The translations under genes and the position numbers were made by a program. Below are positions 60,165-64,000 of a DNA stretch of 64,000 nt, one piece after another. Within the stretch, counting starts at the first letter, position 1. The number at the start of each line of letters is the position of its first letter. The stretch is from Bacilli bacterium (GTDB lineage: Bacteria > Bacillota_I > Bacilli_A > RFN20 > CAG-826): the NCBI GenBank assembly GCA_036657515.1, contig JAVXGI010000001.1, forward strand, positions 3,821-67,820, given 5' to 3'. The notes below the pieces were generated by a model. The model saw nothing but the letters and a program-made list of their open reading frames with translations. It had not been told where the DNA came from and did no database searches.

Positions 60165-61994
60165 ATGAACATAAGAAATGTAGCAATTATCGCCCACGTT
60201 GATCATGGTAAAACAACTCTAGTAAATCAATTATTAAAGTGTTCCGGATCATTTAGAGAAAACGAACAAGTACAAGACAGAGCAATGGATAGTAACCCAA
60301 TCGAACGAGAAAGGGGCATTACCATTTTAGCAAAAACAACAACTATTAAATTCCATGACACGATTATCAATATTCTTGATACTCCAGGGCATGCTGATTT
60401 TGGTGGTGAGGTTGAGCGTATTATGCACATGGTTGATGGATGTGTTCTTTTAGTTGATGCCTTTGAAGGAACAATGCCACAAACACGTTTTGTTCTTAAA
60501 AAAGCCCTTGAATCACATATTAAGCCAATTGTTGTAATAAACAAAATCGATAGACCTAACGCTAATCCTGAAAAGGTAGTTGATGAGGTTCTTGATTTAT
60601 TTTTAGAATTAGGAGCTCCTGAAGAGTTTCTTGACTTTAAGGTTGCTTATGCAAGCGCCCTTAAAGGAACATCAAGTTTATCACCAAATCCAGCTGATCA
60701 AGTTCCTGGAATGGATGCTATATTACAATTAATTATAGATGATCTTCCTTCTCCAACTGTTGTAACAGATGGAGCATTTCAATTCCAACCAGCATTATTA
60801 GATTATAATGACTTCGTTGGTAGAATTGGAATTGGTGTTATTAAAAGAGGAACTGTTCATCTTGATGATACAGTTACCTGTATAAAATTAGATGGTACAA
60901 CTAAAAACTTTAAAGTTATGAAGTTATATGGTTTTGCTGGTCTTAAAAGAATTGAAGTAGAAACAGCTACAGCTGGTAATATTGTTGCCATTGCTGGACT
61001 TCCAGACATAAATGTTGGTGAAACAGTATGTGCTACTACTTGTCTTGAAGCTCTTCAACCACTTCGAATTGATGAACCTACTCTCCAAATGACATTTGGA
61101 ACTAACACTTCTCCTCTTGCAGGAAAAGATGGAAAGCTTTTAACTGCACGTCAAATTGAAGAACGTTTAAATAAAGAAGTTCAAAAAGATGTCTCACTAA
61201 GAGTTGAACGTATTCAAAACGCTGAAGCATGGATTGTTTCCGGACGTGGAGAACTTCATCTTGGTATCTTAATTGAAAATATGAGACGTGAAGGTTTTGA
61301 ACTAGAAGTTTCAAAACCGGAAGTTATAATCCACGAAGTTAATGGACAAAAACTCGAACCATACGAAGATTTAACAATTGATGTTCCAACTGATTTTGTT
61401 GGAACAATAATGGATGTTCTTGGAGCAAGAAACGCTCAATTAATTGATATGGATAGTAGTGATGCTACCTCAAAATTAATATACGTTATTCCTTCACGTG
61501 GTTTATTAGGATTTATCTCTAGATTTATGACATTAACTAAAGGATATGGCATAATTAGCCATACTTATAAAGAATATCGTCCAATGATTCAAAGCGAAGT
61601 TGGCGAACGTAATATCGGAGTACTTGTTGCTACCGATAGTGGAACTTCCACTCCATACGCTATTCAACACATCGAAGAAAGAGGCGTTCTCTTCATTACT
61701 CCTGGTACAGAAGTATATGAAGGTATGATTGTTGGAGAAAATAAATACGATATCGATTTAGCAGTTAACGTAAATGAAGTTAAAAAACAATCTAACGTTA
61801 GATCATCAAATAAAGACTTTACTGTTGTCTTAAAATCTTCAAGAAGAATGACTCTTGAAGAATGTCTAGACTACATTAATCGCGATGAATTAGTCGAAAT
61901 TACTCCTAATTCATTCCACATGAGAAAAAGAATATTAAATACATCAGAACGTAAAAAATACGATTCTAGAAGAAGAAAAGACACAGAAGAATAA
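60165..61994 (+). CDS. typA: translational GTPase TypA/BipA
   Basis: IRNVAIIAHVDHGKTTL, DTPGHADFGGEV, NKIDR. 609 aa with the BipA-specific C-terminal region. Confidence 0.96.
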   Translation: MNIRNVAIIAHVDHGKTTLVNQLLKCSGSFRENEQVQDRAMDSNPIERERGITILAKTTTIKFHDTIINILDTPGHADFGGEVERIMHMVDGCVLLVDAFEGTMPQTRFVLKKALESHIKPIVVINKIDRPNANPEKVVDEVLDLFLELGAPEEFLDFKVAYASALKGTSSLSPNPADQVPGMDAILQLIIDDLPSPTVVTDGAFQFQPALLDYNDFVGRIGIGVIKRGTVHLDDTVTCIKLDGTTKNFKVMKLYGFAGLKRIEVETATAGNIVAIAGLPDINVGETVCATTCLEALQPLRIDEPTLQMTFGTNTSPLAGKDGKLLTARQIEERLNKEVQKDVSLRVERIQNAEAWIVSGRGELHLGILIENMRREGFELEVSKPEVIIHEVNGQKLEPYEDLTIDVPTDFVGTIMDVLGARNAQLIDMDSSDATSKLIYVIPSRGLLGFISRFMTLTKGYGIISHTYKEYRPMIQSEVGERNIGVLVATDSGTSTPYAIQHIEERGVLFITPGTEVYEGMIVGENKYDIDLAVNVNEVKKQSNVRSSNKDFTVVLKSSRRMTLEECLDYINRDELVEITPNSFHMRKRILNTSERKKYDSRRRKDTEE

Positions 61995-62012
61995 ACTTCT
62001 GTGTCTTTTTTT
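61977..62012. terminator. typA terminator, shared with the convergent small gene
   Basis: Arms aaagacacagaag / cttctgtgtcttt with a 6 nt loop that includes the typA TAA, followed by a T-run. Confidence 0.75.
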
Positions 62013-62262
62013 ATATTTCAAATTTACCATGTACCCCAAGATTTATAAGGGCAATAATAAGTAGGGCAACCGCTAATCCAATAAGACAAACAGCGATATA
62101 TGATAAAACATATTTTGTCTTTGGTGAAAGCTTTTTCTTTTTTGCTGCTACTTTGTTGTTATTTTCAGCAACTTTTTTATCAAGTGCTTCATTACTCAAC
62201 ATTTTTTCGACGTTGTTTTCGGTAATTTTTATTTTCTTTTCATCATTTCTTTGAATAGGCAT
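62011..62262 (-). CDS. small C-terminally anchored membrane protein
   Basis: 83 aa. Lys-rich N-terminal half, single TM YVLSYIAVCLIGLAVALLIIALI. Abuts the galK stop with a 0 nt gap. Confidence 0.5.
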   Translation of the reverse strand: MPIQRNDEKKIKITENNVEKMLSNEALDKKVAENNNKVAAKKKKLSPKTKYVLSYIAVCLIGLAVALLIIALINLGVHGKFEI

Positions 62263-63453
62263 CTACTTAACCTCTAAAACTTTAAGAGGATCAGAACAAG
62301 TGTAAACAATTAAAATATTATGTTTACCAAATACTTTGCTCATTTCTTCAATATAGTGTTCGGTTTCAGCTTTGTTAATAAAAGCTAAAATAGTTCCACC
62401 AAATCCACCACCATGAACTCTAACAGCACCATCTTTAATAATATTACGAGCTAAATGAAGAGCTTTTTCAAGATTATTTGTTTCTTCACCTGGTAAAACA
62501 ATATTTTGTAATAAGTTTTCGCTGCTTAATCCACTATCGTTTATTTCTTTAAGGAAACTCTTAATATCATCGTTTTTAATATGAATAAAGGCATTTAAGA
62601 CACGAGCGTTCTCATCGAAATAATGTTTAGCTCTTTTAAATTCAATAAGATCTTTATTATGTCCTTCATTATATACTTTTAAAAATTCAGTATAATCAAC
62701 ATCACGTAGATATTGTTTATGAAACATCGTTGCAATCTTTTTCATATCAACAACTATACTTCCATAGGCATCACTACAATCACTATGATCAGTAAGCGTA
62801 TTTAATAATACTAAATCATAATCACTAAAATTAGGAATAATACGATTAATAACTGGATTTTCTTGATCTTTAAAATCAACCATACTAAATCCTTTTGAAC
62901 AACATCCAATTTGATCTAATAATCCTGAATTTTTACCAAAGAACTTATTTTCAGCAAAACGAGATACTTTAGCCATACTAACTGGATCAATTTCATCATT
63001 ATTATAATAATAAGATAGAATTTTACAAATAAGCGTACAATAAGCAGCAGAAGATGAAACACCTGCTCCCCTAAAAATATTACTATCAAAACAAGCATCA
63101 AATCCACCAATTGTATATCCTAAATTACGGTATCCATTTAATATTCCTTTCACAAAAGAAGTTGAAGTTCCTTCTTCTTCTTTTCTATAAGCAATATCGT
63201 TTAAATCAATGGAAGTTAGTTTAAAACCTTTTGATTTTATATTAATATGACCACGTGCTGGTGAAACAGCTGCAACTATATTAAGGTTGGCAACACTTGA
63301 AACAAGACAAATTCCACTGTTATGATCCACGTGGTTTCCAATAATTTCAAGTCTACCTGTTGATTGCATAAAATCAAAAGGTTCGCTTTTGAAGGAACTA
63401 ACAAACAGTTTTTTTAAATTAGTTATTCTATTTTTATCGATTTTGTATTCCAT
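62263..63453 (-). CDS. galK: galactokinase-family GHMP kinase
   Basis: GRLEIIGNHVDHNSG (variant of the galactokinase signature), GAGVSSSAAY (GHMP motif) and GGGFGGTILAF. Located downstream of galT. Confidence 0.75.
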   Translation of the reverse strand: MEYKIDKNRITNLKKLFVSSFKSEPFDFMQSTGRLEIIGNHVDHNSGICLVSSVANLNIVAAVSPARGHINIKSKGFKLTSIDLNDIAYRKEEEGTSTSFVKGILNGYRNLGYTIGGFDACFDSNIFRGAGVSSSAAYCTLICKILSYYYNNDEIDPVSMAKVSRFAENKFFGKNSGLLDQIGCCSKGFSMVDFKDQENPVINRIIPNFSDYDLVLLNTLTDHSDCSDAYGSIVVDMKKIATMFHKQYLRDVDYTEFLKVYNEGHNKDLIEFKRAKHYFDENARVLNAFIHIKNDDIKSFLKEINDSGLSSENLLQNIVLPGEETNNLEKALHLARNIIKDGAVRVHGGGFGGTILAFINKAETEHYIEEMSKVFGKHNILIVYTCSDPLKVLEVK

Positions 63454-63455
63454 AA

Positions 63456-64000
63456 TTATTCTCCTTTTTTATAACCTAAGCTTTCCATAAATTTAAACAT
63501 GTGTGAATCTTCATTTTCTTTAAATACACCAGTATTTTTTAAAATTTCTTTTCCAATACCTGATATTTCATCGATTAATAATTGATGAACATCGCTTGTC
63601 TTAGTAATTTGACTTTCAATCTTCATAATCAAATCTTTATGTTTTAAGAGTTCTTCATGAGTTGCTATAAATTCATTTATATCAGCTTTGGCGTTAAATA
63701 ATTCTTCAATTAAACCAAGTTCACTTTTAAGTCTTGCAGGAAGAATATACAATCCCATTGCTTCAATTAAACCAATTCCTTCGTGTTTAATATTAAAATA
63801 TTCTGGATGAACATGGAATATTCCTTCTGGAAATTCTGCGCTCGTATTATTACATCTTAAAATAAGATATAACATATATTTATCATCAACTTTTCTTAAA
63901 ATTGGGGTAATAGTATTGTGACGTTCTTTGTTTGTATAAGCAATAATTCCAAGTTCTTCATCACTATAACTTATCCATCCATTAAGAATGTTAGCAAATT
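63456..64000 (-). CDS. galT: galactose-1-phosphate uridylyltransferase (type 2), N-terminus outside window
   Basis: The frame stays open beyond the listed Met to the window edge (...ITPILRKVDDKYMLYLILRCNNTSAEFPEGIFHVHPEYFNIKHEGIGLIEAMGLYILPARL). This resembles the C-terminal half of Firmicute-type GalT. Confidence 0.8.
   Translation of the reverse strand, partial: FANILNGWISYSDEELGIIAYTNKERHNTITPILRKVDDKYMLYLILRCNNTSAEFPEGIFHVHPEYFNIKHEGIGLIEAMGLYILPARLKSELGLIEELFNAKADINEFIATHEELLKHKDLIMKIESQITKTSDVHQLLIDEISGIGKEILKNTGVFKENEDSHMFKFMESLGYKKGE

Overview
This is a strongly AT-rich, densely coding window. Most genes are on the minus strand and many are joined by 1-14 nt overlaps. The standard genetic code applies: TGA is a stop and TGG encodes Trp. 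Several traits still look Mollicutes-like (Acholeplasma-type) or like a related low-GC Firmicute. These include many lipobox lipoproteins (among them ATP synthase subunit b) and a PrkC kinase with no TM segment or PASTA domains.

Content from left to right:
- tex (partial), then leuS behind a T-box leader.
- A three-gene MksF/E/B (JetA/B/C)-type SMC module with no JetD partner.
- rpmB and a poly-Thr lipoprotein.
- The conserved rpe-rsgA-prkC-prpC-rlmN-(degenerate rsmB-like)-DUF1904-priA-gmk block.
- rqcH, a choline-kinase-like gene, ppa and a thioredoxin-fold lipoprotein.
- An ATP-grasp gene fused onto the end of a complete F1Fo atp operon, which is headed by mscS and an atpI-like gene.
- A TGS-uridine-kinase fusion.
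- An overlapping six-gene chain: HAD, glpK, addB, addA and two unknown genes.
- tRNA-Leu(CAA) and tRNA-Thr(CGT).
- A glycosyltransferase and a maltodextrin/starch utilisation locus. It comprises malQ, a lipoprotein amylase, malG, an oversized malF, malE, a small putative glycan-binding lipoprotein, msmK, a small PucR-type regulator and an alpha-glucosidase.
- typA, then galK and galT (partial).

I saw no rRNA, CRISPR array, transposase, integrase or prophage.

The two best candidates for undescribed biology are the nuclease-less Mks/Jet module (4871-10314) and the two unrecognisable genes translationally coupled to addA (36216-37995). All family assignments come from reading motifs by eye; no searches were run.
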